A stretch of DNA of 64,000 bases from Escherichia coli (GCF_044324785.1 NZ_CP172127.1); one strand, 5' to 3'; counted from the stretch's first letter, positions 22,175-34,282 are shown. Translations and numbers: made by a program. Notes: generated by a model not told the origin, from the letters alone.

Positions 22175-22851
22175 CACCGGACATTATCCTGCAGCGTACC
22201 GGGATCGACGTGAGAGCTGTCGAACAGGGGGATGATGCATGGCACAAATTACGGCTCGGCGTCATCACCGCTTCAGAAGTTCACAACGTGATAGCAAAGC
22301 CCCGCTCAGGAAAGAAGTGGCCTGACATGAAAATGTCCTACTTCCACACCCTGCTGGCTGAGGTTTGCACCGGTGTGGCTCCGGAAGTTAATGCTAAGGC
22401 GCTGGCCTGGGGAAAACAGTACGAGAACGACGCCAGAACCCTGTTTGAATTCACTTCCGGCGTGAATGTTACTGAATCCCCGATCATCTATCGCAACGAA
22501 AGTATGCGCACCGCCTGCTCTCCCGATGGTTTATGCAGTGACGGCAATGGCCTTGAGCTGAAATGCCCGTTTACCTCCCGGGATTTCATGAAGTTCCGGC
22601 TCGGTGGTTTCGAGGCCATAAAGTCGGCTTACATGGCCCAGGTGCAGTACAGCATGTGGGTGACACGAAAAGATGCCTGGTACTTTGCCAACTATGACCC
22701 GCGTATGAAGCGTGAAGGACTGCATTATGTCGTGGTTGAGCGGGATGAAAAGTACATGGCGAGTTTTGACGAGATGGTACCGGAGTTCATCGAAAAAATG
22801 GACGAGGCACTGGCTGAAATTGGTTTTGTATTTGGGGAGCAATGGCGATGA
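22171..22851 (+). CDS. exo: Exo (Red-alpha 5'-3' exonuclease)
   Basis: 226 aa [43 protein letters not shown]... Confidence 0.9.
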
Positions 22852-23030
22852 CGCATCCTCACGATAATATCCGGGTAGGCGCGATCACTTTCGTCTACTC
22901 CATTACAAAGCGAGGCTGGGTATTTCCCGGCCTTTCTGTTATCAGAAATCCACTGAAAGCACAGCGGCTGGCTGAGAAGATAAATAATAAACGGGAGGCG
23001 GTATGCACAAAGCATCTCCTGTTGAGTTAA
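22842..23030 (+). CDS. Hypothetical small protein (ea-region)
   Basis: 62-aa ORF; start overlaps exo stop. Confidence 0.35.
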   Translation: MAMTHPHDNIRVGAITFVYSITKRGWVFPGLSVIRNPLKAQRLAEKINNKREAVCTKHLLLS

Positions 23031-23194
23031 GAACGAGTATTGAGATGGCACATAGCCTTGCTCAAATTGGAGTCAGGTTTGTGCCAATACCAGTAGAAAC
23101 AGACGAAGAATTTCATACGTTAGCCACATCCCTTTCACAAAAGCTGGAAATGATGGTGGCGAAAGCAGAAGCAGATGAGAGAGACCAGGTATGA
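23003..23194 (+). CDS. Hypothetical small protein (ea-region)
   Basis: 63-aa [29 protein letters not shown]... Confidence 0.4.
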   Translation: MHKASPVELRTSIEMAHSLAQIGVRFVPIPVETDEEFHTLATSLSQKLEMMVAKAEADERDQV

Positions 23195-23204
23195 CAACCA
23201 CTGA

Positions 23205-23486
23205 ATGCATTTTTCTGGCAGCGGGCTTCATATTCTGTGTGCTTATGCTTGCCGGCATGGGGCTTGTTCAGTGACACCTCAGCAAGAAAACGCCCTTCGC
23301 AGCATTGCCCGTCAGGCTAATTCTGAAATCAAAAAAGCCAGACAGCAGTTTCCGGATAAAAACGTCGATGACATTTGCCGTAGCGTGCTAAAGAAGCACC
23401 GCGAAACGGTAACGCTGATGGGATTCACACCGACTCATTTAAGCCTGGCGATCGGCATGTTGAACGGCGTCTTTAAGGAACGATGA
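23205..23486 (+). CDS. Hypothetical small protein, start uncertain (possibly GTG near 23272)
   Basis: ORF ending ...HLSLAIGMLNGVFKER; overlapped by a 27-aa hydrophobic ORF in another frame (23191-23274). Confidence 0.3.
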   Translation: MHFSGSGLHILCAYACRHGACSVTPQQENALRSIARQANSEIKKARQQFPDKNVDDICRSVLKKHRETVTLMGFTPTHLSLAIGMLNGVFKER

Positions 23487-23584
23487 ACATGAAAAGCAAA
23501 ATCATCAGGGAGCTACAGGCTCCTTTTTTATTATTCGCATTTACCCTCAAGCGTATTAACCAACAATTCAGGGATTAATGAAAG

Positions 23585-23803
23585 ATGGCAGACATCATTG
23601 ATTCAGCATCAGAAATCGAAGAATTACAGCGCAATACAGCAATAAAAATGCGTCGTCTGAACTACCAGACTGTATCCGCAACTCATTGTTGTGAGTGTGG
23701 CGATCCGATAGATGAGCGAAGACACCTGGCTGTTCAGGGTTGTCGGACTTGTGCAAGTTGCCAGGAGGAGATCGAACTTAAGAACAAACAATGGGGACTG
23801 TGA
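23585..23803 (+). CDS. TraR/DksA-family C4 zinc-finger protein (lambda Orf73-like)
   Basis: 72 aa with CxxC...CxxC (CCECGDPIDERRHLAVQGCRTCASC). Confidence 0.7.
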   Translation: MADIIDSASEIEELQRNTAIKMRRLNYQTVSATHCCECGDPIDERRHLAVQGCRTCASCQEEIELKNKQWGL

Positions 23804-24129
23804 TGGCCTCAAAGCAGCAAATTTCAACATCGTCCAACTGGGGTGTAAAAATGTTCAGAATCATTTTTCCTAACACCTGGTACGTCGACCACCACGGCAC
23901 TCCCTGCAAAATCCTGCGTTCTACCCACAACAAAGTTCACTACATCCGAAAAGGCAGAACATGTATCGCCAGCATGTTCCGCTTTAATCATGACTTTGAA
24001 CCTGTGAATAAAGCTGATGCAGATCGGATAGCAGAAGAGATCGAAACGGCAGAACACATTAAGAAGTTACGTGACATGCGTTCAAAAAGCAGAGGTAACC
24101 ATGGAATCATACAGCCTCACACTCGATGA
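23803..24129 (+). CDS. Hypothetical protein upstream of xis
   Basis: 108-aa ORF; ATG overlaps the TraR-like stop (TGATG). Confidence 0.4.
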   Translation: MASKQQISTSSNWGVKMFRIIFPNTWYVDHHGTPCKILRSTHNKVHYIRKGRTCIASMFRFNHDFEPVNKADADRIAEEIETAEHIKKLRDMRSKSRGNHGIIQPHTR

Positions 24130-24472
24130 GGCCTGTCAGTTTCTTAAGATATCCAGACAAACCGCCACCAACTGGATACGAACAGGCCGCCTACAGGCAA
24201 CACGTAAAGATCCAACCAAGCCAAAATCTCCTTACCTCACAACACGGCAAGCCTGCATTGCGGCGCTTCAGTCTCCGCTGCATACTGTCCAGGTGAGCGC
24301 GGGTGATGGCATAACAGAGGAAAGAAAATGTCACTCTTCCGCAGAAATGAAATATGGTATGCCTCGTATTCGCTCCCGGGCGGGAAACGAATTAAGGAAT
24401 CTCTTGGCACAAAGGACAAGCGGCAAGCTCAGGAGTTGCACGACAAGCGAAAAGCAGAACTCTGGCGAGTAG
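24101..24472 (+). CDS. xis: Excisionase-like HTH protein (xisD-like); overlaps int start by 145 nt, may be degenerate
   Basis: HTH-like [26 protein letters not shown]; immediately upstream of integrase. Confidence 0.45.
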   Translation: MESYSLTLDEACQFLKISRQTATNWIRTGRLQATRKDPTKPKSPYLTTRQACIAALQSPLHTVQVSAGDGITEERKCHSSAEMKYGMPRIRSRAGNELRNLLAQRTSGKLRSCTTSEKQNSGE

Positions 24473-25491
24473 AAAAGCTAGGGGATTTACCTGATGTCAC
24501 TTTTGAAGAGGCCTGCCTAAGATGGCTTGAGGAAAAAGCTGATAAAAAATCTCTCGATTCAGATAAAAGCCGGATTGAGTTCTGGCTTGAACATTTTGAG
24601 GGTATAAGGCTTAAAGATATCTCGGAGGCAAAGATTTACTCTGCTGTAAGCAGAATGCATAACAGAAAGACGAAAGAAATATGGAAACAGAAAGTTCAGG
24701 CCGCCATCAGGAAAGGTAAAGAACCGCCTGTTTATGAACCAAAGCCAGTATCAACTCAGACAAAGGCAAAGCATCTTGCCATGATAAAGGCCATTCTCCG
24801 TGCTGCAGAACGCGACTGGAAGTGGCTGGAAAAAGCGCCTGTCATCAAGATACCAGCGGTCAGAAACAAGCGAGTCAGATGGCTGGAAAAGGAGGAAGCA
24901 AAACGCCTTATTGATGAGTGCCCCGAACCACTGAAATCTGTCGTCAAGTTTGCGCTGGCAACTGGTCTGAGAAAGTCGAACATCATAAATCTGGAATGGC
25001 AACAAATCGACATGCAGCGACGAGTTGCCTGGGTGAATCCAGAAGAGAGCAAATCAAACCGCGCCATTGGTGTGGCGCTGAACGATACCGCCTGTAAAGT
25101 GTTGCGTGATCAAATAGGCAAGCATCACAAATGGGTGTTTGTACATACCAAGGCGGCTAAGCGAGCAGATGGAACATCAACGCCTGCGGTCAGGAAGATG
25201 CGCATCGACAGCAAGACATCATGGCTATCAGCTTGTCGTCGTGCAGGAATTGAAGATTTCCGTTTCCATGACCTCAGACACACCTGGGCAAGCTGGCTGA
25301 TCCAGTCAGGCGTCCCATTATCAGTGCTTCAGGAAATGGGCGGATGGGAGTCCATAGAAATGGTTCGTAGGTATGCTCACCTTGCGCCTAATCATTTGAC
25401 AGAGCATGCAAGGAAAATAGACGACATTTTTGGTGATAATGTCCCAAATATGTCCCACTGTGGAATTATGGAGGATATAAAGAAGGCGTAA
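24328..25491 (+). CDS. intD: Tyrosine integrase (DLP12 IntD-type)
   Basis: 387 aa; catalytic region [11 protein letters not shown]...VRRYAHL; ends 15 bp from tRNA-Arg. Confidence 0.9.
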   Translation: MSLFRRNEIWYASYSLPGGKRIKESLGTKDKRQAQELHDKRKAELWRVEKLGDLPDVTFEEACLRWLEEKADKKSLDSDKSRIEFWLEHFEGIRLKDISEAKIYSAVSRMHNRKTKEIWKQKVQAAIRKGKEPPVYEPKPVSTQTKAKHLAMIKAILRAAERDWKWLEKAPVIKIPAVRNKRVRWLEKEEAKRLIDECPEPLKSVVKFALATGLRKSNIINLEWQQIDMQRRVAWVNPEESKSNRAIGVALNDTACKVLRDQIGKHHKWVFVHTKAAKRADGTSTPAVRKMRIDSKTSWLSACRRAGIEDFRFHDLRHTWASWLIQSGVPLSVLQEMGGWESIEMVRRYAHLAPNHLTEHARKIDDIFGDNVPNMSHCGIMEDIKKA

Positions 25492-25506
25492 CTGATTGAA
25501 TTGTAA

Positions 25507-25583
25507 TGGCGCGCCCTGCAGGATTCGAACCTGCGGCCCACGACTTAGAAGGTCGTTGCTCTATCCAACTGAGCTAAGGGCGC
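25507..25583 (-). tRNA. argU: tRNA-Arg (anticodon UCU), argU; prophage attachment site
   Basis: Reverse complement reads GCGCCCTTAGCTCAGTTGGATAGAGCAACGACCTTCTAAGTCGTGGGCCGCAGGTTCGAATCCTGCAGGGCGCGCCA. Confidence 0.9.
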
Positions 25584-25825
25584 GTTGATACCGCAATGCG
25601 GTGTAATCGCGTGAATTATACGGTCAACCCTTGCTGAGTCAATGGCTTTTGATCTGGTTGCTGAACAAGTGAACGACCGCGTCTGATTTTCTGATTTATT
25701 TCGCTATAGCGGCAAACAAACGTACACCGCTGCGCGTCTGAATCAAGAAAACCCGTATTTTCATGTATCAAAGTACAATTTCCCGACCTAACGGAAAATT
25801 GTCCGATCCAATGAGACTGGTAACT

Positions 25826-26458
25826 ATGAAACCAACGTCGGTGATCATTATGGATACTCATCCTATCATCAGAATGTCTATTGAAGTTCTGTTGCAAAAA
25901 AACAGTGAATTGCAAATTGTCCTGAAAACGGATGATTATCGCATAACCATCGATTATCTCCGAACCCGTCCTGTTGATTTAATCATTATGGATATAGACT
26001 TGCCCGGAACAGACGGTTTTACCTTCCTGAAAAGGATCAAACAAATCCAGAGCACAGTGAAAGTATTATTTTTATCATCGAAATCAGAATGCTTTTATGC
26101 TGGCAGAGCGATACAAGCTGGTGCTAACGGTTTTGTCAGTAAATGCAATGATCAGAATGATATTTTTCACGCCGTTCAGATGATCCTCTCCGGATACACT
26201 TTTTTTCCCAGCGAAACGCTCAACTATATAAAAAGCAATAAATGCAGTACGAATAGTTCAACGGTCACGGTGCTATCTAATCGTGAAGTGACCATATTAC
26301 GTTATCTGGTTAGCGGATTATCCAATAAAGAAATTGCCGATAAGTTATTACTTAGCAATAAAACAGTTAGTGCGCATAAATCTAATATTTATGGCAAGCT
26401 AGGTTTGCATTCAATTGTAGAGCTTATCGACTACGCCAAATTATATGAATTAATATAA
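25826..26458 (+). CDS. fimZ: Fimbrial regulator FimZ (LuxR-family response regulator)
   Basis: 210 aa from MKPTSVIIMDTHPIIRMSIEVLL... Confidence 0.85.
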   Translation: MKPTSVIIMDTHPIIRMSIEVLLQKNSELQIVLKTDDYRITIDYLRTRPVDLIIMDIDLPGTDGFTFLKRIKQIQSTVKVLFLSSKSECFYAGRAIQAGANGFVSKCNDQNDIFHAVQMILSGYTFFPSETLNYIKSNKCSTNSSTVTVLSNREVTILRYLVSGLSNKEIADKLLLSNKTVSAHKSNIYGKLGLHSIVELIDYAKLYELI

Positions 26459-26460
26459 TA

Positions 26461-26976
26461 TTAATTATAATTGATCATAAATATCGCATCCGCTTTCGCC
26501 ACACCTGGCTGAACACCGCTGGCTAACGCTCGATAATTGGCAAAAAAGTTTAGTGTGACATTGCCATTTGCATCTACTTCCTCAGTCGGGCTCGCCTCCC
26601 CCAGTGCGAGCCGGGAGCGATCGCTATTACGTAATTCGATGGCGACGGTTTGTGCCATTGCGGGATCATCCAGAGCCAGCAGATTGGTATCGGATGCCGG
26701 CGTACCCGTAAATAAAATCGCGACTGAACCCGGAGGACATCCCTCCAGCCGCAGGCTAAAAGGGACGAGTGCCGTGGTATCGCCAGCGGTCAGTAGTTGT
26801 GTCGTAGGCCATCTGCCTAAATCTACCGTCTTATCCTTATCCGCTGTGTTTACGGTACAGGAGAAATCAACAACGTTACCGTGCAAATTGATATTAATCG
26901 TTCCTAAAGGGTCAACTGCCCATCCACTGGAACTCCACAGTAACCCGCAGAAACAGCTAAAGAGTACTCTTCTCAT
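26461..26976 (-). CDS. sfmF: Fimbrial minor subunit SfmF
   Basis: 171 aa from MRRVLFSCFCGLLWSSSGWA... Confidence 0.75.
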   Translation of the reverse strand: MRRVLFSCFCGLLWSSSGWAVDPLGTININLHGNVVDFSCTVNTADKDKTVDLGRWPTTQLLTAGDTTALVPFSLRLEGCPPGSVAILFTGTPASDTNLLALDDPAMAQTVAIELRNSDRSRLALGEASPTEEVDANGNVTLNFFANYRALASGVQPGVAKADAIFMINYN

Positions 26977-26986
26977 TCTCCGTACC

Positions 26987-27994
26987 TCATTGATAATCGA
27001 CGCGTAAATACCCCAGCGCGCTAAACGGCCCCTCGGTCGGTTTTTGACCGGTAATACTGATAGGCCAGGCGCGAAGTGTGACATTGGCTGCCGCAGCTGC
27101 ATCCAGACGGAAAGGAATAACGCTATTGAGATCGTTAGGCGTGATCGGCGTATCGTTCTGATCGGCGACAATAAAGCCTAAATCCTGATTGTCCGACACC
27201 ATCGCCTGACCAGAAACGGCACTGGCTTCCAGACGCATTGTTAAATAAGCCTGCGCAGCAACATTCGTACATTTGACCGCAATGCTCTTGGTTTGCGGCA
27301 TGACACCAGCAGGTCGATTACCCGGCCCTGCCGCACTAAATAACGATGCGCCGATATCACCAAAATCAAATTCAACAATCTGCCCGGCATTTAATTCGCA
27401 GTTTTGCGGTACTTCAACCCGGCCACCAAAACTAATGGTATAAACAGGTGTAACCAACGGATCGTAAGGCGTTGATGTCACATACACGGTAAACATCACC
27501 TGTCTGGGGATCTCCACCATGTTAATAAAGGGCCGAATAACCTTTAAACGAAATATCAAACGAGAATCCATCACCCCGAACGGAAGGTTTTGCGAAACGT
27601 TAGGATCTGTTCCCATACGAATATAATTTTGCGGGGGAAATTGAATATCCATCACGCTATCAACCAGACTCATCGCACCTAATAGATAATCATTTAATTG
27701 CATATATTTATAATTATCGATAGTTTCCTGAACAATAAAGTTGGTGACATAACTACGGTATGTATAATTCACCAGCGTGCCGGGTGGACAAATTGCTGAC
27801 ACACCTACCCAGCCGGATTTTTCCGGTAAAACAACAATCTGCCCTGGCTGGTTATTGGTGCTATTAAAGACATTTGAGAGATCATAGTGTTCATCTTCTG
27901 CTACGCCAGTACTATTTGCACAAACAGTAGCCCAGGATATGTTTGCCAGACACAAACATGCCATTGCCAATAATAATCTGCAGATTATCTTCAT
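26987..27994 (-). CDS. sfmH: Fimbrial adhesin-like SfmH
   Basis: 335 aa with signal peptide, operon context. Confidence 0.75.
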   Translation of the reverse strand: MKIICRLLLAMACLCLANISWATVCANSTGVAEDEHYDLSNVFNSTNNQPGQIVVLPEKSGWVGVSAICPPGTLVNYTYRSYVTNFIVQETIDNYKYMQLNDYLLGAMSLVDSVMDIQFPPQNYIRMGTDPNVSQNLPFGVMDSRLIFRLKVIRPFINMVEIPRQVMFTVYVTSTPYDPLVTPVYTISFGGRVEVPQNCELNAGQIVEFDFGDIGASLFSAAGPGNRPAGVMPQTKSIAVKCTNVAAQAYLTMRLEASAVSGQAMVSDNQDLGFIVADQNDTPITPNDLNSVIPFRLDAAAAANVTLRAWPISITGQKPTEGPFSALGYLRVDYQ

Positions 27995-28006
27995 TGATAA
28001 TTTCCT

Positions 28007-30616
28007 TTATGAGCCAGGATGTGTGCAAACTGCCGAAATAACAGTGACGGCTTGCTGTAAGCTTTGCTTCGGCAATACATAGTGCGCAATGCAGCGTGAG
28101 TTCGCGCCGTCTCCCCACTGAACCAGTAATTCACCAGACAATGGCGCACCACTTAAATAAACTTGCCCGTCATCACCCACCATACTGGTTATTCCGGTAC
28201 TGTTTTCCCGTACCAGTGATCCAAACGGCACCGGTTTTCCGCCCTGGGTAACGGTAATGAGCGCCCGCACGCCTATGCGGGTATCAAAATTGGCACGAAC
28301 CAACGCGCCTTGCGTCGGCACAACGCTGCTAATATTTTTTTCAACATCGATGGAATTCCCCATCGTATTGGTATCAAGCGCGATACGGTTATACCGATAA
28401 ACCGTGGCATACGGCATCACCGCATAGCCGCGCCAGTCGGTTAAAATTCCAGTTTGATTTTCAATGCGTACACCGCCTGCGCCTGGCGCTTTAATCAAAA
28501 CATTGGTATCCCCTAAAGGCTGGCTCAGCGTTATGCCATTTTCATGTCCGACCACACCGCCAGACAGCTGCCAGTTAACGTCATGTTGATCGCGGTCGTA
28601 GTTATACCCGACCCCCAGCGTACCGTAAGTGGCCTGCCAGTTTGCCGTAGCGCTGCCCGTATACCCATTATTCGAGGTATCGCCCTGGCTTACGTGATAA
28701 CTCAGGTTGTGGCCTTCCAGTAAGGTCCCACCTACACCTGCCAGCCAGCTATTTTGCCCGTTGCTGTTACGGTTGGCGTTAAAGGAGGCATAAGCGCGGT
28801 CGAGCGCATTTTCCCGGGTGTAGCGACGTTTGGTCAGAACATTGAAAGGCACTGAAACATTAAGTCCGACAATACGTTCGTTATCGGGGATCCCTACAGA
28901 TTCATTCCACGAAAATGAGAGTGAATAACTGATGCCAACCCAGCTGCTGGTATACCCCACCTGATACCAGGTATCTGAATCCGAAGTATTCCAGTATTTT
29001 TGATGGGTACCAGAAATATAAAGCGAGCCAAAGTCATTAAGTGATTGTGAAATATTTAACTGCAAACGGTCTTTACGGCTAAAGCGTAAATTGTGGTAAT
29101 TCACGATTATCGGTTCATCGCGATGCTCACCGTCATAATCGTAATCATATTCGTACCCCTCCATACGACGATACGCAACATCATCAAGGGTATAAAAACC
29201 TTGTGTCGAATAGCGGTAACCCATTAACTGAAAATTGGTGCCGAAAGTGTTCATTGATTTCGCATAGAGGAAGCGAATGGAATCCCCCTCATGACGACTG
29301 TCGTCGGCTAACTGACTGCGCGCATGCGTTACATCCAGCGACACTGCGCCCCAGTTCCCGAGGTTGCGCCCCAGCCCTAACAAAAAGGCGGTGTAATTGG
29401 CAGATAATTGCGTCCCGCCGTAGGCAGTAAATTCCTGTGGTAAACCGCCGAGTGCCGTGCCCTGAAAAAAGAAAGGCGACGATTGCTGACTATTACCGCT
29501 ACGAAAATCGCCCGCCGTCAGGTCAAATTTGAAACGCCCTTCGCGTTGTAAAATTGGCACTGTTGAATACGGAATAGTGTAATTCTGCTGATTACCATCG
29601 CGCTCGTCGATGGTGACGTCCAGATCGCCATTTGAAGATGTCGGGTGCAAATCTGTAATTTCAAAAGCGCCGGGGGAAACATAGCTTTGATAGATAATAA
29701 AACCATTTTGCCGAATCGTTAGCTGGGCCGCCGTACGGGCAATCCCACGTACCGTTGGGGCAAACCCTTGCTGGCTATCAGGATACATATTATCGGAAGA
29801 ATAAAGCCGTACACCTCGAAATCCGACGCCATCGAAAATATCACTCCCTGTATTACCGTCTCCCATTACCAGTTCACTTTTCAGCGGAATAATGGCGCGC
29901 TGTACCCAGGTGCCAATATTATTCCACTGTTCTGAATGATATCCATTTCCGCGAAAATAGTTCCAGGAACCATTGTTGCGTAAACGCCACGGGCCAATAT
30001 TAATCCCGCTGAGTTCACTAAAAAAATAGCTATCGTTACCATTACCTCTGTTACCGGTGAAATTATAATTCAGGAGTAAAGCAGGAATACCTTCATCCCA
30101 CTCTTCAGGCGGAATGTAACCGTGAGCGCTACTCAACAACGCTATCTGAGGAATAGTGATGTTCAGGCGCATCGCTGCAAAATCAAAGTTAATTGTGGCA
30201 TCAGGTACAGCTTTCAGTAAATTGATGCATTTATTATTTTGCTGCAGGGCTAACTCGGGGAATGCACTGCTATTAAGGCCAATTCGTTCAAGGAGTGCCT
30301 GGTTAAAACAAGGCATTAACCCACCTGATTTATCACCTGTATTTACTGTCGTCGATTCAAATACGATATCCTGTGAACCAATGAACTCATCATTACGCCA
30401 GAGATCCACCCGATACACACCCGCAGGTTGATGATTACCTCTCTCAAAGCGCGATAAATCAGCAACGGATGTGCCATTCTCTAATAAAAATGCCGGGTTG
30501 AAATAACTTTCCGCATAGCTTAAAAAGGAGGGTAAAATGGCAAGAGATGAATAACAAATTCCGGCCAGACACCAGCTATACCTCTGCGGAATATCCGTAG
30601 TAGTGGGTATTTTCAT
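28007..30616 (-). CDS. sfmD: Fimbrial outer-membrane usher SfmD
   Basis: 869 aa usher. Confidence 0.85.
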   Translation of the reverse strand: MKIPTTTDIPQRYSWCLAGICYSSLAILPSFLSYAESYFNPAFLLENGTSVADLSRFERGNHQPAGVYRVDLWRNDEFIGSQDIVFESTTVNTGDKSGGLMPCFNQALLERIGLNSSAFPELALQQNNKCINLLKAVPDATINFDFAAMRLNITIPQIALLSSAHGYIPPEEWDEGIPALLLNYNFTGNRGNGNDSYFFSELSGINIGPWRLRNNGSWNYFRGNGYHSEQWNNIGTWVQRAIIPLKSELVMGDGNTGSDIFDGVGFRGVRLYSSDNMYPDSQQGFAPTVRGIARTAAQLTIRQNGFIIYQSYVSPGAFEITDLHPTSSNGDLDVTIDERDGNQQNYTIPYSTVPILQREGRFKFDLTAGDFRSGNSQQSSPFFFQGTALGGLPQEFTAYGGTQLSANYTAFLLGLGRNLGNWGAVSLDVTHARSQLADDSRHEGDSIRFLYAKSMNTFGTNFQLMGYRYSTQGFYTLDDVAYRRMEGYEYDYDYDGEHRDEPIIVNYHNLRFSRKDRLQLNISQSLNDFGSLYISGTHQKYWNTSDSDTWYQVGYTSSWVGISYSLSFSWNESVGIPDNERIVGLNVSVPFNVLTKRRYTRENALDRAYASFNANRNSNGQNSWLAGVGGTLLEGHNLSYHVSQGDTSNNGYTGSATANWQATYGTLGVGYNYDRDQHDVNWQLSGGVVGHENGITLSQPLGDTNVLIKAPGAGGVRIENQTGILTDWRGYAVMPYATVYRYNRIALDTNTMGNSIDVEKNISSVVPTQGALVRANFDTRIGVRALITVTQGGKPVPFGSLVRENSTGITSMVGDDGQVYLSGAPLSGELLVQWGDGANSRCIAHYVLPKQSLQQAVTVISAVCTHPGS

Positions 30617-30646
30617 AATTAGCTCTGATATTGTCAGATGATTCGG

Positions 30647-31339
30647 TTAGTTTAAGTTCACTTCTCTGACCGGGGTTACTGAACCATAATCATTAACGGT
30701 CTGAAATTTCAGCTTTCCCTGCACTCCTGAGGGTAAGGGAATTTGTGAATTAACTCTGGGTGCAGCCATAGCATTCCCCAGTTTTTGGCTGCCCACTTGC
30801 AGGTTAACCAGGGTGACATAAAAAGGTGATGGATTATGAACATTGATATAGTTACCGGATCGCGAAAACTTGAGTGTGTCCGGCGCTTCTGCGGGTAATT
30901 CTTGTAGTTGAATTGGACGGAGAAATAACTTCATGCGCGATAAAATCGCCAGTTGCAAAACATTCCTGCCGTTCAATGCATTTTTATCTACCGAAGGGAT
31001 CGTCTTAACATTCATCCAGAACAGAGACTCACGATCTGCCGCCAGCGGTGGACCGGTGTAAATAATACGCAAAGTATTTTCGCTTTTGGGTTCACTAACA
31101 AACAGTGGCGGTGTAATGATGAATGACTTTTCTTTTACACCGCTGCTGTTTTCAATCCACGAGTTGACCAGAAAACGCTCATTGGTATGGCTATTTCTAA
31201 TCCATACCGCAGTCTGTTTAGCATCAGCGGGATAAATAATACGCGTGGCACCTAATGCGATCCCTCCGGCAGCATGGGCGCTGGCCGAAATGATTAAATA
31301 AAATATAATGAGCATCAATAACTTTATTTTAGTCATCAT
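30647..31339 (-). CDS. sfmC: Fimbrial periplasmic chaperone SfmC
   Basis: 230 aa PapD-like chaperone. Confidence 0.85.
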   Translation of the reverse strand: MMTKIKLLMLIIFYLIISASAHAAGGIALGATRIIYPADAKQTAVWIRNSHTNERFLVNSWIENSSGVKEKSFIITPPLFVSEPKSENTLRIIYTGPPLAADRESLFWMNVKTIPSVDKNALNGRNVLQLAILSRMKLFLRPIQLQELPAEAPDTLKFSRSGNYINVHNPSPFYVTLVNLQVGSQKLGNAMAAPRVNSQIPLPSGVQGKLKFQTVNDYGSVTPVREVNLN

Positions 31340-31558
31340 AGTTAATACGCCTTGTGTATTCCTGACGGCAAAAATAAGAAATATAAAGAAATGATTGCTT
31401 TGGTTTCTTACAACACATCATTCCCTTTTCATTTAATAAAGCGGCATGATACAAAGTGAACATGATTTCGATTTACATTGCCACCATACCGCTTCAGACA
31501 ACCGGTACATTACTTTGTTATAAGACGTGATATATAATTCAAAACAACGTGGTTTTGA

Positions 31559-32101
31559 TTATTCGTATCTCATAATAAAAGTCGCGTCAGCATTTGCTTG
31601 CCCTGCTGATGCACTTGTACCGGTGCCTTTATAACGTGCAGAAAAATGAAGAACGTTGGTCCCGGGGATCAAGTTCTGGTTGGTTGAGAAGCTATTCCCA
31701 TCAGGTTTGAGAATTGCGGATGTATTATCAAGTATTTCAATACCGACACCCGTTGCTGTTGTTGTATTGGTACTGGATGCAATGGCCAATAAATTATCAT
31801 TGATTGCATCCGCCTGACCAGAAAATGCAACGGCAGCATTAGCGGCAACAACAGGATCGCAGTCGTTCAACTGAATGGTGAATGGAATTAATGCAGAGGT
31901 ATTACCAACAGCATTGAAAATATCGGTACGATATTGACCGAGTGTGACAACCTGGTCTGCCGAGTCAGTATTCACTGAACAGGCAGCATTCACCAGTTCG
32001 CCTTCAAAGTGAATTGTACCGCCATCTACAACGGCAGCATAACTACCCGTAGCGGCGAATAGTGCGGCAGCCAGCGCAGACGAAATAAATCTTAATTTCA
32101 T
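31559..32101 (-). CDS. sfmA: Fimbrial major subunit SfmA
   Basis: 180 aa from [28 protein letters not shown]... Confidence 0.8.
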   Translation of the reverse strand: MKLRFISSALAAALFAATGSYAAVVDGGTIHFEGELVNAACSVNTDSADQVVTLGQYRTDIFNAVGNTSALIPFTIQLNDCDPVVAANAAVAFSGQADAINDNLLAIASSTNTTTATGVGIEILDNTSAILKPDGNSFSTNQNLIPGTNVLHFSARYKGTGTSASAGQANADATFIMRYE

Positions 32102-32572
32102 ATATATTCCTTCAATCTCATTTATCGACTCCACATCCGTATATAACCGATTACTTTATTTAAGACACTGATAGTAGTAAAATTCCTTTTTATCCTCTAA
32201 GAATGTCTTAATTGAAAATATGCACTCTACTCTAAAAAATAGAGAGCCCCGTTAGATGAATATTTCCGCGCAAAATATATTCAACACAAATATAGACCTG
32301 AAGCGGTAAATTACCAGGCTGAAAATTCTTTTTATATTGTCAGGTATTTCTTAAATTATCTTAATCCTTAGACAAGGAAATAAATCAGTTCCAGATTTAC
32401 AACGCCATCATGGACGAAAAATGAAGCTTTCAATCTCAGCGACGGTGCGCCTCACCTTCGCAAGAGGTCGCTTCACGCGATAAATCTGAAACGAAACCTG
32501 ACAGCGCGCCCCGCTTCTGACAAAATAGGCGCATCCCCTTCGACCTACGTAACAGATGGAATCCTCTCTCTG

Positions 32573-33439
32573 ATGGCAGCAAAGATTATTGACGGTAAAA
32601 CGATTGCGCAGCAGGTGCGCTCTGAAGTTGCTCAAAAAGTTCAGGCGCGTATTGCAGCCGGACTGCGGGCACCAGGACTGGCCGTTGTGCTGGTGGGTAG
32701 TAACCCTGCATCGCAAATTTATGTCGCAAGCAAACGCAAGGCTTGTGAAGAAGTCGGGTTCGTCTCCCGCTCTTATGACCTCCCGGAAACCACCAGCGAA
32801 GCGGAGCTGCTGGAGCTTATCGATGCGCTGAATGCCGACAACACCATTGATGGCATTCTGGTTCAACTGCCGTTACCGGCGGGTATTGATAACGTCAAAG
32901 TGCTGGAACGTATTCACCCGGACAAAGACGTAGACGGTTTCCATCCTTATAACGTCGGTCGCCTGTGCCAGCGCGCGCCGCGTCTGCGCCCCTGCACCCC
33001 TCGCGGTATCGTCACGCTGCTTGAGCGTTACAACATTGATACCTTCGGCCTCAACGCCGTGGTGATTGGCGCATCGAATATCGTCGGTCGTCCAATGAGC
33101 ATGGAACTATTGCTCGCAGGTTGCACCACTACCGTGACTCACCGCTTCACTAAAAATCTGCGTCACCACGTAGAAAATGCCGATCTATTGATCGTTGCCG
33201 TCGGCAAGCCGGGCTTTATTCCTGGTGACTGGATCAAAGAAGGCGCAATTGTGATTGATGTCGGCATCAACCGTCTGGAAAATGGCAAGGTTGTAGGCGA
33301 CGTGGTGTTTGAAGACGCGGCTAAACGCGCCTCATACATTACGCCCGTACCCGGCGGCGTTGGCCCGATGACGGTTGCCACGCTGATTGAAAACACGCTA
33401 CAGGCGTGCGTTGAATATCATGATCCACAGGGTGAGTAA
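32573..33439 (+). CDS. folD: Bifunctional methylene-THF dehydrogenase / methenyl-THF cyclohydrolase FolD
   Basis: 288 aa [23 protein letters not shown]... Confidence 0.9.
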
Positions 33440-33440
33440 C

Positions 33441-33653
33441 ATGGCGACATTTTCTTTAGGTAAACATCCGCACGTTGAGCTGTGCGACTTGCTGAAACTG
33501 GAAGGCTGGAGCGAAAGCGGCGCGCAGGCGAAAATCGCGATTGCCGAAGGCCAGGTGAAAGTCGATGGTGCGGTTGAAATGCGCAAACGCTGCAAAATCG
33601 TCGCCGGTCAGACAGTGAGTTTTGCAGGTCACAGCGTACAGGTTGTTGCCTGA
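33441..33653 (+). CDS. ybcJ: S4-like RNA-binding protein YbcJ
   Basis: 70 aa MATFSLGKHPHVELCDLLKLEGW... Confidence 0.75.
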   Translation: MATFSLGKHPHVELCDLLKLEGWSESGAQAKIAIAEGQVKVDGAVEMRKRCKIVAGQTVSFAGHSVQVVA

Positions 33654-33661
33654 TCCCTTTC

Positions 33662-33694
33662 CCGGCCTGTATCAACAGGCCGGTTCTCTTTTCA
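33662..33694 (+). terminator. Intrinsic terminator after folD-ybcJ
   Basis: CCGGCCTG-loop-CAGGCCGG followed by T-rich run. Confidence 0.55.
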
Positions 33695-33760
33695 GAATTT
33701 TGCCCTCTACGCCCCGTTCATCCATGCTGATAGCATCGACATTTTGCCGAAGCGACCATC

Positions 33761-34282
33761 ATGCCAACCGTTATTACGCACGCCGCCGTTCCCCTTTGCA
33801 TTGGTTTAGGGTTGGGTTCGAAAGTCATCCCTCCGCGCCTGTTATTTGCCGGAATCATCCTGGCGATGCTGCCCGATGCCGACGTGTTGTCGTTTAAATT
33901 TGGCGTTGCTTACGGCAATGTTTTTGGTCATCGCGGGTTTACCCATTCGCTGGCGTTTGCGTTTGTTGTCCCGCTGTTATGTGTGCTGATTGGACGTCGA
34001 TGGTTCAGGGCTGGGCTGATTCGCTGCTGGCTGTTTTTAACCGTCTCGTTGCTATCGCACAGCTTGCTGGATTCGGTAACCACTGGCGGTAAGGGCGTTG
34101 GCTGGCTGTGGCCGTGGTCAGATGAACGCTTTTTCGCTCCCTGGCAGGTGATTAAAGTCGCGCCGTTTGCATTGTCTCGTTACAGCACGCCGTACGGGCA
34201 TCAGGTGTTAATTTCTGAATTGATGTGGGTGTGGTTGCCGGGGATGCTACTGATGGGAATGTTGTGGTGGTGCAGGCGATAA
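33761..34282 (+). CDS. ybcI: Inner-membrane protein YbcI (DUF457)
   Basis: 173 aa multi-TM. Confidence 0.75.
   Translation: MPTVITHAAVPLCIGLGLGSKVIPPRLLFAGIILAMLPDADVLSFKFGVAYGNVFGHRGFTHSLAFAFVVPLLCVLIGRRWFRAGLIRCWLFLTVSLLSHSLLDSVTTGGKGVGWLWPWSDERFFAPWQVIKVAPFALSRYSTPYGHQVLISELMWVWLPGMLLMGMLWWCRR

Noticed and set aside
29203-30431. Short plus-strand ORFs within sfmD and other core genes (for example 54458-55425 in gcl, 42102-43189 in fdrA)
   Set aside because: Embedded antisense in conserved genes with strong sense-strand homology
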